From Catajapyx aquilonaris (Eukaryota): 64,000 nt of DNA. The stretch is from NCBI GenBank assembly GCA_000934665.2, contig JYFJ02001637.1:1-64000 (forward strand), given 5' to 3'. A program made the translations under genes and the position numbers. Below, in pieces: positions 48,635-61,046 of this stretch. Numbering within the stretch: the stretch's first letter is position 1; the number at the start of each line of letters is the position of its first letter. A model generated the notes under the pieces. It had not been told where the DNA came from. It did no database searches and was given only the letters and a program-made list of their open reading frames with translations.

Positions 48635-49815
48635 TGTATCGATATTTCGGCATATTTTTATTCGTGTCTTCTCTTGAAATATTGACATATCGCCAAAAAT
48701 GAGAAATATTACGCTCATTTTAAAGGGTCGTGGATCCCAGAGAGGCTCATAACCGGTTAAAAATAAGAATCAATGATAAAAATCAATTCTCGATAACCGA
48801 TCAACATAAAATTGACATCGATACTAAACCGAAAATAAAATTGATATATCGATTCTTGATTCTAAAACAAAAAAAATGGTGAGAAATACTACTTATTATT
48901 GTCAAAGATCGTGGGTTAAAAATAAGAATCGAGGATAAAAATCGATACATCGATTCTCGATAACCGACCAACATAAAAGTAATATAACTTATCGATATTC
49001 TAGCTAAAATAAAATCGATACATCTATTCTCGATAACTGATCAACAGATCGATTCTCGATAACCGACCAACATAAAAGTAATATATCGATATTCTAGCTA
49101 AAATAAAATCGATACATCTATTCTCGATAACTGATCAACAGATCGATTCTCGATAACCGACCAACATAAAAGTAATATATCGATATTCTAGCTAAAATAA
49201 ATCGATACATCTATTCTCGATAACTGATCAACATATATCGATACTCCAAATAAAATCGATATATCGATTCTGGATTATAATTCGAAAGTATTGAGAAATC
49301 TACATGTTGAGTATTGGGTATCGATTATCGATATATCGACTTCAATTTTAATTTAGTGTCGATGGATATTTTAGGTTTTGATCTGCTACCAAGGATCGAT
49401 ATGTAGATTTTATATTCAAAATGAAATGGATATTTTGGTATTGATTTCATGTCGATAATTACTGTATATCGATTAAGGTTTTGATTGAGGATCGACATAT
49501 CGTGATGAAATATAATATAAAATCGATGTATCATCATGGAATCAAGACCAAAACAGCAATTTCATTTTGAATATAAAATTTACACATTAATTCTCGAAAT
49601 TAGATCAAAATGTATGAAAAAATATGTCGACACCGAATTACAAATAAAAATTGATATATCGATAATCAAAATAATCAATACTTAACGTGTAGCTGTCTCG
49701 ATATATTGACAGAATCGAGAATGGATATAGCGACACTAAATAAATAATTAGATCGATAAATCGATACACAATGCTCGATACTGAACATGCAGATTTCTCA
49801 ATATTTTTCGACGCT
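48635..49815. repeat. ATCGAT-rich complex repeat (tandem ~94-bp units plus an inverted segment)
   Basis: About three ~94-bp units at 48949-49233. 49323-49430 is an imperfect inverted copy of 49559-49668. ATCGAT/TCGATA motifs are very dense throughout. Confidence 0.8.
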
Positions 49816-51833
49816 AACATTGAACTACGTACGACTACGTGCAAATGACCAGATACGTGGATCTTCTCCAGCAAACCGCCAACACATTTCGTTCCAAGGT
49901 AGCCTACATATCTAGGGGTACGCTTAACACTCCTACAAAAAAAAAAGAGCTAGTTGCCGCCCCCACTCACCCCCTGCTAACTTTTACATTAGGAACACAA
50001 AAAAATCCGGAGCGATGCCAACATGTGTAGCACCGAGATAAATCACTCTGGTGAACCGGCGATAGAACTGAGGCATTAATTAGTCAGCGCACAAACTTTG
50101 CCCAACTCCGGGGGTGCACAAAAGCGATAAAAGTTTGAAAACATCACATGGGAACGGTTTTAAGGCCTGGGCTGGGCACAAACCTGCAGCGTGTGTCACG
50201 AACTTGTCTTGGTTTCCGAACCCTGGACAAGTATATCCGATTGGCGTGCTGACTCTACGTAGCTGGTTAATTAAAATAGCGAATTAATGCAGTATATTCA
50301 CATTGCACCTATGAACCGTATGGGCTTATTTGTACACATCACGAACATATTGTCCACACATGCACGGACGGTCTGCATAAAAAAGGTCATTAACCAAAAT
50401 GTCACAGGCTCCATGCACCTACGCAGGTTGTCAAAAACAAGTCCTAGTTGCATTAATATCCAAGACAAATGAATTGAAAGGGCAAGTGCTGAAACTGACA
50501 CGCCTGTACGTGACCGTCCATCATTGCCCCCTTACTTAAGCTCGCAGTGCAATTCATTATGTGGAGTATGTGCACTGTGTTGAACCGCCGATTAAAAAAT
50601 TGCTATAACTATTTCAGAAAGTAGCCAGTTAATTCATGAGTTTAACTGGACACGACCCTTCAAATAGCCTTTGACATTTCATGCTCTCTCTCTACCGCGA
50701 TACCTTTTGTAGGAGTAGGACTTCTATTAACTCTAACGATTTGTATCAATAAGACCCGGACCTTCAGCAACCTTCGTTTTGTACCTTGTTTCTCTAACCT
50801 TTCTAGCTATAGCCACTGAGTTGAAAAATTCTCTCTCCCCTTTTTTTCTTTCTTAAAAGGAACAGTCTAACGATCTTGTGGACATAGAGAAAGTAGAACG
50901 AATCTTCTTTTGACTTGTTCCAGAATCTGTGCTGACAGATTGGCGTCTCTTCCGCCCATGTGACTTTTCCACACAGATCCTGGATTCTTTCGCTTAATTC
51001 CTACCTCCTTCTCTTTTCCTGCAGACCTAACTCAGGACGTGAGCTGCATTGGCTTCCTCGTCTGACTTTCAACCAGTAGAAGCCATCATCCTTTCTTTTC
51101 TTCTGGCTACGCAAAAAAAAAATGTCTTGGGAAGTTCTCGCCAAATATTTTAAATGTATTTGCTTCACATTATTATTATTAGGTGAAAATGATGATTATT
51201 CTGACATTTTTAGTGGCTAAATATACATATAATTATACACTTTTTTGAGACGGAAGAAGGGCAACCCGCAGCAATGGCGGAACATTAGGGAGACCAAAGT
51301 TTTGTTCTCTTTGGAAGAAAAAAAAAATTCATCTGTGTAAAATTGGACCTCAAGGGAAAAAGTGGCACATTGGAAATTGGTAGAGAAAAGGGTAGGAAAA
51401 GGAAAAAAGAAAAGGAGAATGAACGTGAGGAAAAAGGGAAGGGGGTATTTCTTCTTTTATTCTCCAAAGATGAAAGAAAATGGGGGAGGGTTTTGGGTTT
51501 CCTCAAGATTTTCCTTTCCTTCCTTTAACCCCCCCTTAATTGCTCTACCAGAGAAAATAATTAGAAGCTGACAACTTTTGCCCCCCCCCCCCCTTTACCA
51601 CCCACCATCCTTGTTCCCTCCACCACATCTCTTTTGGATTTTTGTTCCGGTTCTCAAAAACCGGGTTTGAGGTGATGTCTTAATTAAGAGATTTGTCAGC
51701 TGCAGAAAATGCTAGGGCTTGAAGGTGCACTATGTTCAGACACCTGACACCTGTAACTAGATTCTTGCTATTGATGGTAATAACAGTAGGAAAAGTTGTT
51801 ATTTTGCTAAGTAATTCCACTGGAAATGTCATG

Positions 51834-52094
51834 TACAATGGGGGTCAAATGGTTTTGGGCACTTTATCCTGGTCTTGAAGCAACCCGTCCCACACACACA
51901 CACACCTCCTCACCGTGCGGCCTGTGCGAAGGGTTGCTTCAAGACCAGGATAAAGTGGCCAAAAGAATTTGAGCCCCATATACGATATACGTACTATCTG
52001 TTCCAAAAACTTTTGGCCACTTCGTCCTGACTCTTTCGTTCATCCTGGGCTTGAAGCATGCATGTGCAACGGGTTGCTTCAAGCCCAGGATGAA
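51834..52094. mobile_element. Two adjacent related hairpin MITEs (family C)
   Basis: CACTTTATCCTGGTCTTGAAGCAACCC / GGGTTGCTTCAAGACCAGGATAAAGTG around a (CA)n loop (51834-51982), then TTCATCCTGGGCTTGAAGCA / TGCTTCAAGCCCAGGATGAA (~52039-52094). Confidence 0.7.
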
Positions 52095-52106
52095 TATAAT
52101 ATAATG

Positions 52107-52206
52107 TCTATAATATTAAAATCGTAGTGAGCGCGTAAGTATAAGCCCTCTGATTGGTTCGCCGCATATTACCGCTTCCTATTGGCCCGCGTTCTACGCA
52201 TGCGCA
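52107..52206 (+). mobile_element. Helitron-like dispersed repeat, copy 3 (5' part)
   Basis: TCTATAATATTAAAATC...GCCCTCTGATTGGTTCGCCGCATATT...ATTGGCCCGCGTTCTACGCATGCGCA, homologous to copies 1 and 2. Confidence 0.6.
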
Positions 52207-55200
52207 GTGGGTATAGGCAGCGCCTCTGTTGGGCGGGAGGAAAAACTGTCCATTCGATCGCTTCCCGTCGGAGAGTTCACTTCGACGCTCCCTTCCCACT
52301 TTATGATGTTCCGATAGAATTTTGGAAGGAAGGAGCATACGCCATCTACTGACTTCTTTGTTACAACATGCATTTTGCTAACCACAAACTATGTCCTCAT
52401 TCCAACCCAAATTCTGGCAATAATCATTGTCGCCTCTGCCCTCACCAGCTAATTGGAATTCCACTTGCACATTGCACTCTGGAATAGCACACATCAAAAC
52501 CACCTCAGCTTACCATCTCTTCGCGCATGAAAAGTAATAAAGGTATGATGGAAGCGCTGGAGGGACATATTTCCCCCCCACGAGTTCTCCTGCTCTCATT
52601 CGCATTCCTACCCTCCCCATTTTTCCCCCTCCCCTCCCATTCAGTCCAACCGCCTGCCCCCAGCAAACATCATTCACATTCCTGCCTTTAAATGCAATTC
52701 CACCAAGCATTGTCCCACATTGTGCAATTTGCCCAATTGCTGGCGGACAGATGGCGCGGGTGTATTATGTACCCTCTGCCGTTGGCGAGCCCCATACAAC
52801 TGAAGGAGTTGCATAAATCAGGAGGCATGCAAATGAAGGAACCAGGGGGTTTTTTTTTGGAGGGGGGGGGGGGGTGAGCTTGAGCAAAGGTTTACGGGCG
52901 GCTTTGCCTCTTTGCCTTCAGCTCCATCCCACCCTTCTCTTCCTTCCTGCTCAGACAAGGAAATTAGCATACGAATTGGTTGTAAGTGTTTGGAGGAGAA
53001 TGAGGGGAGGAGAGAATCCCCTTCTCGGGGATTCTCAAATCGCCGAATTACGACGTGATCTTCCAGAGCGTAAATCCAGGAGCAAAAGTGGCGCGTTCGG
53101 GGGGAGACTTACTTCCTCCATTTTCATTCTGACCTAATTCTACGACCCGGTTCTTTGGGAGGTCTCAGATGAAACAATCAGGTTCTAACATATATCATGT
53201 GCTTAATTGCCAAAAAGTGGGTATGAACATTACAATCTATAAGCAGAATTATTGAGGATGATAGAACGGGAACTAATTTCGGTACTAAAAGTGGACCTGT
53301 AGTAATTAACACGGGTCATAATCTGTGTCTGCTGAGCAGGTGGTGTCATTTATTACGTTCTAAACATAATCGCTCCGTAGAGAGTAATTCTGCCAGCTGA
53401 CTACTGCCGTGCAGAAACCATAATGCGACAATGCTGCTACAAATACACTTGAAAATTTTCTTAAGGGACTACACTGCCGTAATTTCCTGCAAAATGGCAG
53501 TTTACTTTAATCTTTAATTTTAAAACCACACATTCAGTGCGCCCGAGCCAACTCGCAATTACAGCCCATTGTTAGCCCAAAATACCCCTCAGCTCTTTTC
53601 GCTCGTTCCCCAAAATTTTAGTTACTCCCAAACGATTTGGGTAGATACGTCCGTTCATCAAACCTGCTTCGTATTCTCTGCTAGTTCGCAGTTAAACGCG
53701 CCAGGTAGTCCGGGCTCTTCAAACTTACCAGGAACCGGCTGTAAAAAAATGAAATCGGCAGGAAGTTAGCACGGTCCGTACGCGGCTGGACTTGCCAATA
53801 TCCAAGCTGTACCCCCTCATGGCCAGACCTTGCCTTGTGCAATTAGGCCATGCAATTTGGATGAAGCTGCACCAGAAACCAGGAGGAATATACACTGCTG
53901 GTTTCCAACAGAATTCTAAATGTCAGTGTGTGCATGGTTGGTGGGGCAGAGAGAAAACCCGGTTTTAGAGGAAGGGGAAAAGAGAAGTGTCCCCATTTCA
54001 CGTGGACCGCTCCATTACGCTAAGCTCTCCGCAAGGTGATAATGTCTGCCAGCCGCAAAATCGGCCGTGAAAAATTAACAGGGGATGGGGTCGACCACAC
54101 GTTCAGGGATATCCAGGGGATATCCGGTAAAGCTGGAGGGATCAGGTTTGCCTTTCCTTAGAGGGCAATGATCTCAAAGGAATGGGGTCCATAGTTGGAA
54201 GCAATTTTTGGGGGGGCCTAATATTGGAAAAAACAAGTTTCAGAACTCTCAGTAGTCTGAGAGTGTTAGGTAGTGTGAGAGCCTGCCCGCTTTTGGTCAC
54301 GTGATGTGGGTGGGGCATGCGCACTGCTTCCCTGGCTTTGGCCAGGGGAGAGTCAGTTGGTATCCAGTGTCGAATGAGTCTGGAAGAGTCTGTACTAAGG
54401 TGGCGACCTGGAGCCATGGAGCCCAGGTGTTTTCTCAGTAGAGCTAGCACGGGGTTGGCCACAGATGGGACAAACAAAATGTTTAAACTTAAAATTTAAA
54501 CTTTAAATTTAAAATGTTTAAAACTAAATAGAATTTTTTTTTGGCATTCAAAAGCCATACATTATGAATAAAAACATCAAAAAGTTCTGCTCAGAAAAGG
54601 CCGCCAGTTTGCAATATGAACATTCTACCGCCTAACTTTTTGGAGTGTACCGCACCAGTGCATGTCAGGAATTGTTAGGCATATACATGTCGAAAAAGCC
54701 AACACATCCAGGGGGAGAAAACTAAAACCCCCCAGCTCCATTTTGGGCTACAAACTCCAAGAGTATTTGCTTCCCCACCAACTGTCGCTTCCGTCTAGCT
54801 AATTATTAATCTTCGTCGAGAGTAATTTTGTTAGCGAAGCGACGTTGCTGGCTTCGATTTCTCCAGAAAGGCATTTTCGATCTGTATCTGACAAGTGCAC
54901 GGGGGCCAATTTGTGGCTGGATGCAAAACCGGCTGTAATTTGCTTCCCCCCATCCCCCCCCCCCACCCTCCTAGAACACTGGCTGATTCAAAGTACCCCC
55001 CAATAAACAAGAGTAATCCAACAATGTACAGAGAAACAAGAAAAATCAGCTAATCTTGCCAGTTAAAAATAACTGCTAATTTTGACACCAGTTTAAATTG
55101 CCGCTATGCTTTTTTCGAATTAAAAATGGCGTCGGTCTATACAGGCTTGGGGTACACATTGGTTTAAAAGTTTGCTGAAATGTGGGAGTATATTTTGCAG

Positions 55201-56654
55201 TTGTTTGCTTTTGCTACTGAAACCGCCGACTGGTTGGGGGGGGGGGATTCCAGCAGGCGGCGATTATCTGTTTGTTATGTAAAATCGATTTTAAATAATT
55301 GTTAAAGTTGGGGAGGCGAATATATATTGCACTCGCAGCTGGGTCGTAAAATGGGCGTCATCCGCCACCCAGACACAACTGCTGGATTATGCGCCGTTCC
55401 AAACAAAAAATTTATTTGATATCGGTGGACAAATCGTTGAATCAATTTTATACTGCTCTTTGTAATGATCATTGAACATTGAATTCTCAAAATGTAAGTA
55501 CAGTATTTTTTTGAGTCATCTTTGAGCCATTCCTATTCACTCAGATGGGATGAAACCTACCTAAAATTACAGTCTCATAAGACTGAACTTTCTTTGCCCG
55601 AATCCTTCTTTTTTAATAAACAAGTCAGAAGAGCGTGAACTAGCGGATTAATTCCAGAAGGAAAGCCCCAGCTATCCCAAGCTCCAGCAGCCATTTCCTT
55701 TGATACACCAGACCGGTTCGTTTGCTCCAGTTTTAATGCCCATTGGCACCACTGGGAGCCTCTTTCTGCTTATTACATAGATCCCATGGACTTAAAACTG
55801 GAAACACAGCCCGGAGCACTTAGGCTCGGTTACATGTATGTGAGCAACAAACAAGTATGCGTTTATCATGGTACAAGGCATATTTAAAGGTCGGTTAAAC
55901 ATTCTATCTCCTGTGTCTCTGTATGTGCACGCAGGAAGTTCCTTACAAAAGAAATAGCCGTGAGACAAGCTAAGATGCAACAACAGACGAAAAACTCGAG
56001 AGAAAACGACTTCCGCCTTTTCCTCAAAGAAATTGCTTTTCTTATATTCCCTTTCTGCATTTTTCCCAGACTTCAAAGTAGTACGCGGTAGGCAAATTAT
56101 TTGCTGCTTACAGTAGGGGCCTTTTTGGCCCTTACCTGTTTTTCTCCAGGGTATTGCTGGAATGTGTGTGTCTATATATGTATATTAACCTTATGTGCTT
56201 ACAACAATGGGACTTTCCAAGCTTAGATTGAAAATCGCTGGTTTTGAGAGATTAAAAAAAGAGAATAATAATGGAAGTTAGGCACGTCATAAGAGTGGTA
56301 AGGAAGGTCTTTTGTTCTTCTTCCATCCTCATCATCGGAATTGGAGGAAGCTGCTTGGATGAACTTTTCATTCCACTCTTTTCTTTCTATCCCTCTCTAT
56401 CTCCTCCACGTGCTGCAGGAGCCAACCCATCAGATCGATGCTTCTTTCCTCCTTTTTTTTCAAAAAAAGGAAGGGAAAAAACCTGATGCTGAAGGGAAGC
56501 AGAATAATGAATCTTCCTTTTCCGTTGTGGGGAAAGGTACAGAAGTCTTTCGTTTCATAATCAAGAAAAGGATTTCTTCAGGCTTCTGTACTTTAAAAGC
56601 TGTATCATAATATTGCAGGACCACCAGTGCTAATGCCTATGGGTGTTAGTGTTA

Positions 56655-57053
56655 ATTTTTCATGGAAAAATATATTTCGTGTGTTAGACGAGAATTTTCG
56701 TCAATTTTTTCATGGAAAAATATATTTCGTGTGTTAGACGAGAATTTTCGTCAATTTTTTATGGAAAAATATATTTCGTGTGTTAGACGAGAATTTTCGT
56801 CAATTTTTTCATGGAAAAATATATTTCGTGTGTTAGACGAGAATTTTCGTCAATTTTTTCATGAAAAAAATTCGTGTATTAGAGAAGAATTTTCATCATT
56901 TTTTGACTATAGAACTTCAACTCCTTTTGAGCCGTATCTACAACCGGTTTCAAGTGCTGGTGCTGGTGCGTGTGTGTTAGAGAAGAATTTTCGTCAATTT
57001 TTGACTAGAACTTCAACTCCTTTTGAGCCGTATCTACAACCGGTTTCAAGTGC
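56655..57053. repeat. 50-bp minisatellite (x4 plus a partial unit) followed by a ~75-bp direct duplication
   Basis: CATGGAAAAATATATTTCGTGTGTTAGACGAGAATTTTCGTCAATTTTTT with ~50-bp period from 56661. TAGAGAAGAATTTTC...GAGCCGTATCTACAACCGGTTTCAAGTGC occurs at 56880-56957 and 56978-57053. Confidence 0.9.
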
Positions 57054-57562
57054 GAATGAAGCAGCAAAAAACAGAGTGAGAAAACGTTCCCCTCTAGGAT
57101 TAAATTTAACTAATTATCATTTCAATACAGCCCATCCAAAATCCCCGTGATGACTTTCAGAGCTGGCTGCCAGGCCCATCCTAAAATCTACCCCCGCACG
57201 GTTTTTAGCCCCCCGAGGAGGATGAAGAGGATCATTAGTTGAGAGTCATGAAGACCACTTTTTTTTTAATGGAGGAAAAAAAAAGTTTCGACCAAGTCCA
57301 GACGTAATTATAGAAAAACAGGGATGAATGGGCCTGTTGGATGACGAAAAAGCCTATAAATTCAACCGGGTTCTGGCACATCTGGCTTAAAAACCGGGAC
57401 TTAATACGAGAGCTTATCACACTTAATTAATGCGTACCCTTATGCTGTCAAAATTACTTAATATGTCATTAGCGCAAGTTATCACATTAATTTAAAGTTA
57501 GCTGGCTCGTGAAGTACGGGTAATTTACAGGGTTGTTTTAGAAAAATGGGGAAACTTTTTTT

Positions 57563-57612
57563 TTAGCGGAATGGGGAGATAACGTTAGCGGAATGGGGAG
57601 ATAACGTTAGCG
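57563..57612. repeat. 22-bp tandem duplication
   Basis: TTAGCGGAATGGGGAGATAACG x2 plus a partial copy. Confidence 0.8.
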
Positions 57613-60600
57613 AAACAGTACAGAATCACATATTTTATAAACTTTATTAGTTTTCTGAAAAATTACATAAAGTGAACAACCAATGAGAGGCTTGAACCAC
57701 TGATTGGCTGACCATTTACATTTTGCAAGCAGCGGCCTCGTGTAAACGGGAGCCCCCATAAATTAGTATAGAAATGACCTCTCTGAACATAAGCCATATT
57801 TTTCCCTGCAGTTAAAGTCAGTGCGGCCAACCTCCCCATAAAGGTTCAATATCAAGGTTGGGCAAGGGGGCCAGTAATGATAGGTCTAATGGAATTACGA
57901 TGTGAAGTCGATCGAGTGCGGAACAGCTGCAGAGACCACAGGCCCCACAGTCCATTGCCCTTCAACCCTATTCATTACAAGCCTTCGCACTTCCATAACC
58001 CCCTGGACTGACCTAGGGGATCAAATCTTAGTCCTTAAGTTTTATTGAAAGGTTACTATCATCTATGCAAAATTTGAATGCAGACTGTTCCGAACCTATA
58101 TAGGTTCCGAACTTAGGTGCACTTATGGTCTACCATCAGGATTTACATGAGGCAGTAAAGAGCAACAGGTCAGGTAATTTGGTTTAGAGCCGGATTCAAT
58201 ATTCATGTGTTGTGATGTGAGGGTGTCCATATAAGGCTTGGGTATAGGAGGTCTTTATACAGGGCAACAACTCTGCAGAACCGAATTACATCCGTGGTTT
58301 TACAAAATTGCAGTGCTTCGATGGGGCGAGGGGGGGGGGGGGGTCAGTGACCGAAAATAATGGTCCTGCGCGTTTCCGGGTCACACGGCGACACCCCCCA
58401 CAAAACCGATTCGAACCTCCCCCATTTTCTAGTTGTGACCATTGTGATCCAACCACAATGCCTCGTGCCTCCAAGATAATTGCTCATAATGTTTCAACCA
58501 CGCGTGCCCACCGACAATTCCATTCACGGAACAACGTTTATTATTCTCCACACTCTGACATGGCTGCGGCCATTTTTTTGGGGACAAGGGTGACATTTTT
58601 TTATCAAAAGGGTTTTGGATGACATTTTTGATCCAAAATTATTTTCAAGTGTTGAAATCTTTGTCTCCAACTTGTGTTGAGAGAACTAGAATCCTCGCAC
58701 GTGTTGAGGCCGACAGATGGTTGGGAGAAGTGGCAACATTTGCATAAGGAAGGAGAATTAGCACTAAAAGCTGGCTGGGAAAGAGAGCCTTGTTGCATTG
58801 CGATCTGCAGACTGTGGGTTAAGTGAGAGAACTGTTGGGGAGAGAAATTTTGCACCCTCGGTACTTCCAAGGCAAACTCTCTGTTGTTTTCCTTCCTCGC
58901 CCAATAATGGCCGATCTCAGGGAATTTCAAGTGGGGCAGGTGATCAACCCTAGCCAAGTTTGGTTGGTGGAAGGGGGGGGGGGGGGTCAACCCTGAACCA
59001 GAGTTAAATTAATTACGGAGCAGGAGTATATACCCCTCAGGGTTGGAATAGCACTGGACCTTGCCAACTGGAAATTGATGGGAATCATGTTTATACAATA
59101 AAGCAGCATCTACTGATTGTCATCCCAACTAGTTATTACTAATTGCCTTACTTTTTTCCAGATATGCCTTCCCTGATATAATGCCAGGATGAAAGTGTAC
59201 AAAACTGGGCCAAAGTACTCTTCAAAAAAAAACTAAGGTTAGTGCAGTTTGGTCTCTCAAGGGAGTAGAGGCAGAATCTTCTCCAGGCACTTCATCGGAT
59301 TTTTGGGAGGACCCCTGGTGGGGGCTTCCCATCCGCAGCCTGCTCCAAAATACACAGCACACACGTACTGTATGGTCCTCCGGGTATGGATGCTCCCCCA
59401 GAGTACGCCACGTACGTTTTTGTTTTTGGTCAAGGGCAATTTGGGTCAGTGTAAACCGCGCACACTCGCATAAAAGGCCTCATTACATATTTATGGTACG
59501 CGTGTGTACAGTTTCACGCGCCCTAAGTTGCACTCCATGTGAAGCATTTCGGGAGCCAAAAAAGTGTAAGTAGAGGTAATTATATGCAGAATATTACATG
59601 CGGTAAGTGATTATTTTGCAATAGGTATACATATAGGTTCATCCACACTATCTGTATATTCCACAAGTACTTTCCGAATTGGCATACCGGATTGAACTCT
59701 GTGCACTCACCTATCTTACTGAAAATATAAAAATGGCGGTTTAAAGTAATCGGGCACTTCCGAGCACTTCACGCAGGAGATAAGCACATTGGAGTGCCTT
59801 TGCCCCTTCACCCCGAACCCTACAAAGTCCGCCAGGCTGAAGCTTCAATGTGCTTCATTTGGCCTATTGGATCCGCTTCCCTCCCGCAATCATCTCCAGG
59901 TAATGAGATTAATTTGTGCGTGTGAAATTGCTCTTGAAGCAATTCTGATGTAACGAGCTGGCTGGATTGCCCGGTAGATGGTTCTGCTCCGAACTATATT
60001 CTGTGTCTACAGTACCGCTCATAAGTTCCACCTTCCACTAAAAAAAGAACCTAGGTCAAAACCTAACGTTAAGTAACTGACAGCTCTGTTGTAACCTATT
60101 AGTGCTTGGCAAAATAGAATTTGCTGAAAAAAAAAACTAGGATGGGTCCGTTGTAGAAGCGATGATTTGGGCAGGCCTTTTGTTGGGTGGTAGGGTGGGG
60201 ACCGGTTCAATGGGACGTGGCGATGGTGATGAATGGACTGGATGCGGGAAAGTTGTCGACCTTAAATCAATCGGAGTCATTGGAGCGCAATTGCGGTAGG
60301 TTGCCCACAAAAGGTTAATGAGAGCGCCCAACGTTTGTTGATTGCGCAGTCAGGATAATGCGGTCCCTGCTTTTGCTCTAGAAGAGAAGAGAGGGGGTTC
60401 AACGAGAGTTTAAAAAAAAATTTGCATTGTGGGTACCAACAGCATCTGACGGAGATCCTTTCATAAATCCTCCGCCTGTGTACCGTCTGACACGAGTCAA
60501 TAATATCGATTAACTGTAAGCTATAATGCTGTGGGATGAAAATTTATTGATGATGACGATGAATGAAAGCAAATATTGCGTTTCTAGGAAAATGAATATT

Positions 60601-60974
60601 GCCAGCCTGGTTTTAGTCGTTAATGAACATTAGGCTTGTTGTATAAACGAGCGCTCCGTGATGCCGCCCTAATATCATGTAAGCTACACCATGTAACGGT
60701 ATCTGCTAAAACCGCGATTGTGCCTTGTACTTATCGATCTAGTTATCATTTGTAGCTATGAAGCAGATGAAAGTGTTCTTTCATATTTTAAACAATATTC
60801 GCAAATCACGCAAGTAGGCTCTTTCTCATTGCCAAAGAAATTCAAATTGGACAACAATAACATAGAATGTTTTCCAAATTGAATTTCTTTGGCAATAACA
60901 GTGACAGACAGAGCCGTTCTGTAAGACTTTTTTCATGCGAAAAAGTCTGAATAAAAGTTATTGATACAGTAGAA

Positions 60975-61046
60975 CAGCGGTTCCTAAAGTGGGTTCCGCG
61001 GAAGGATCATCAGGGTTCCTCGACTCAAAAAGTTTGGGAACCGCTG
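60975..61046. mobile_element. 72-bp hAT-type MITE with 8-bp TSD
   Basis: TIRs CAGCGGTTCCTAAA / TTTGGGAACCGCTG. The flanks CAGTAGAA (60967-60974) and CAATAGAA (61047-61054) differ at one base. Confidence 0.75.

Noticed and set aside
56655..57150. CRISPR-like array, or the 162-aa repetitive ORF at 56662-57150
   Set aside because: The units are contiguous near-identical 50-mers with no unique spacers and no cas genes, in a eukaryotic context. The ORF is a by-product of the minisatellite.
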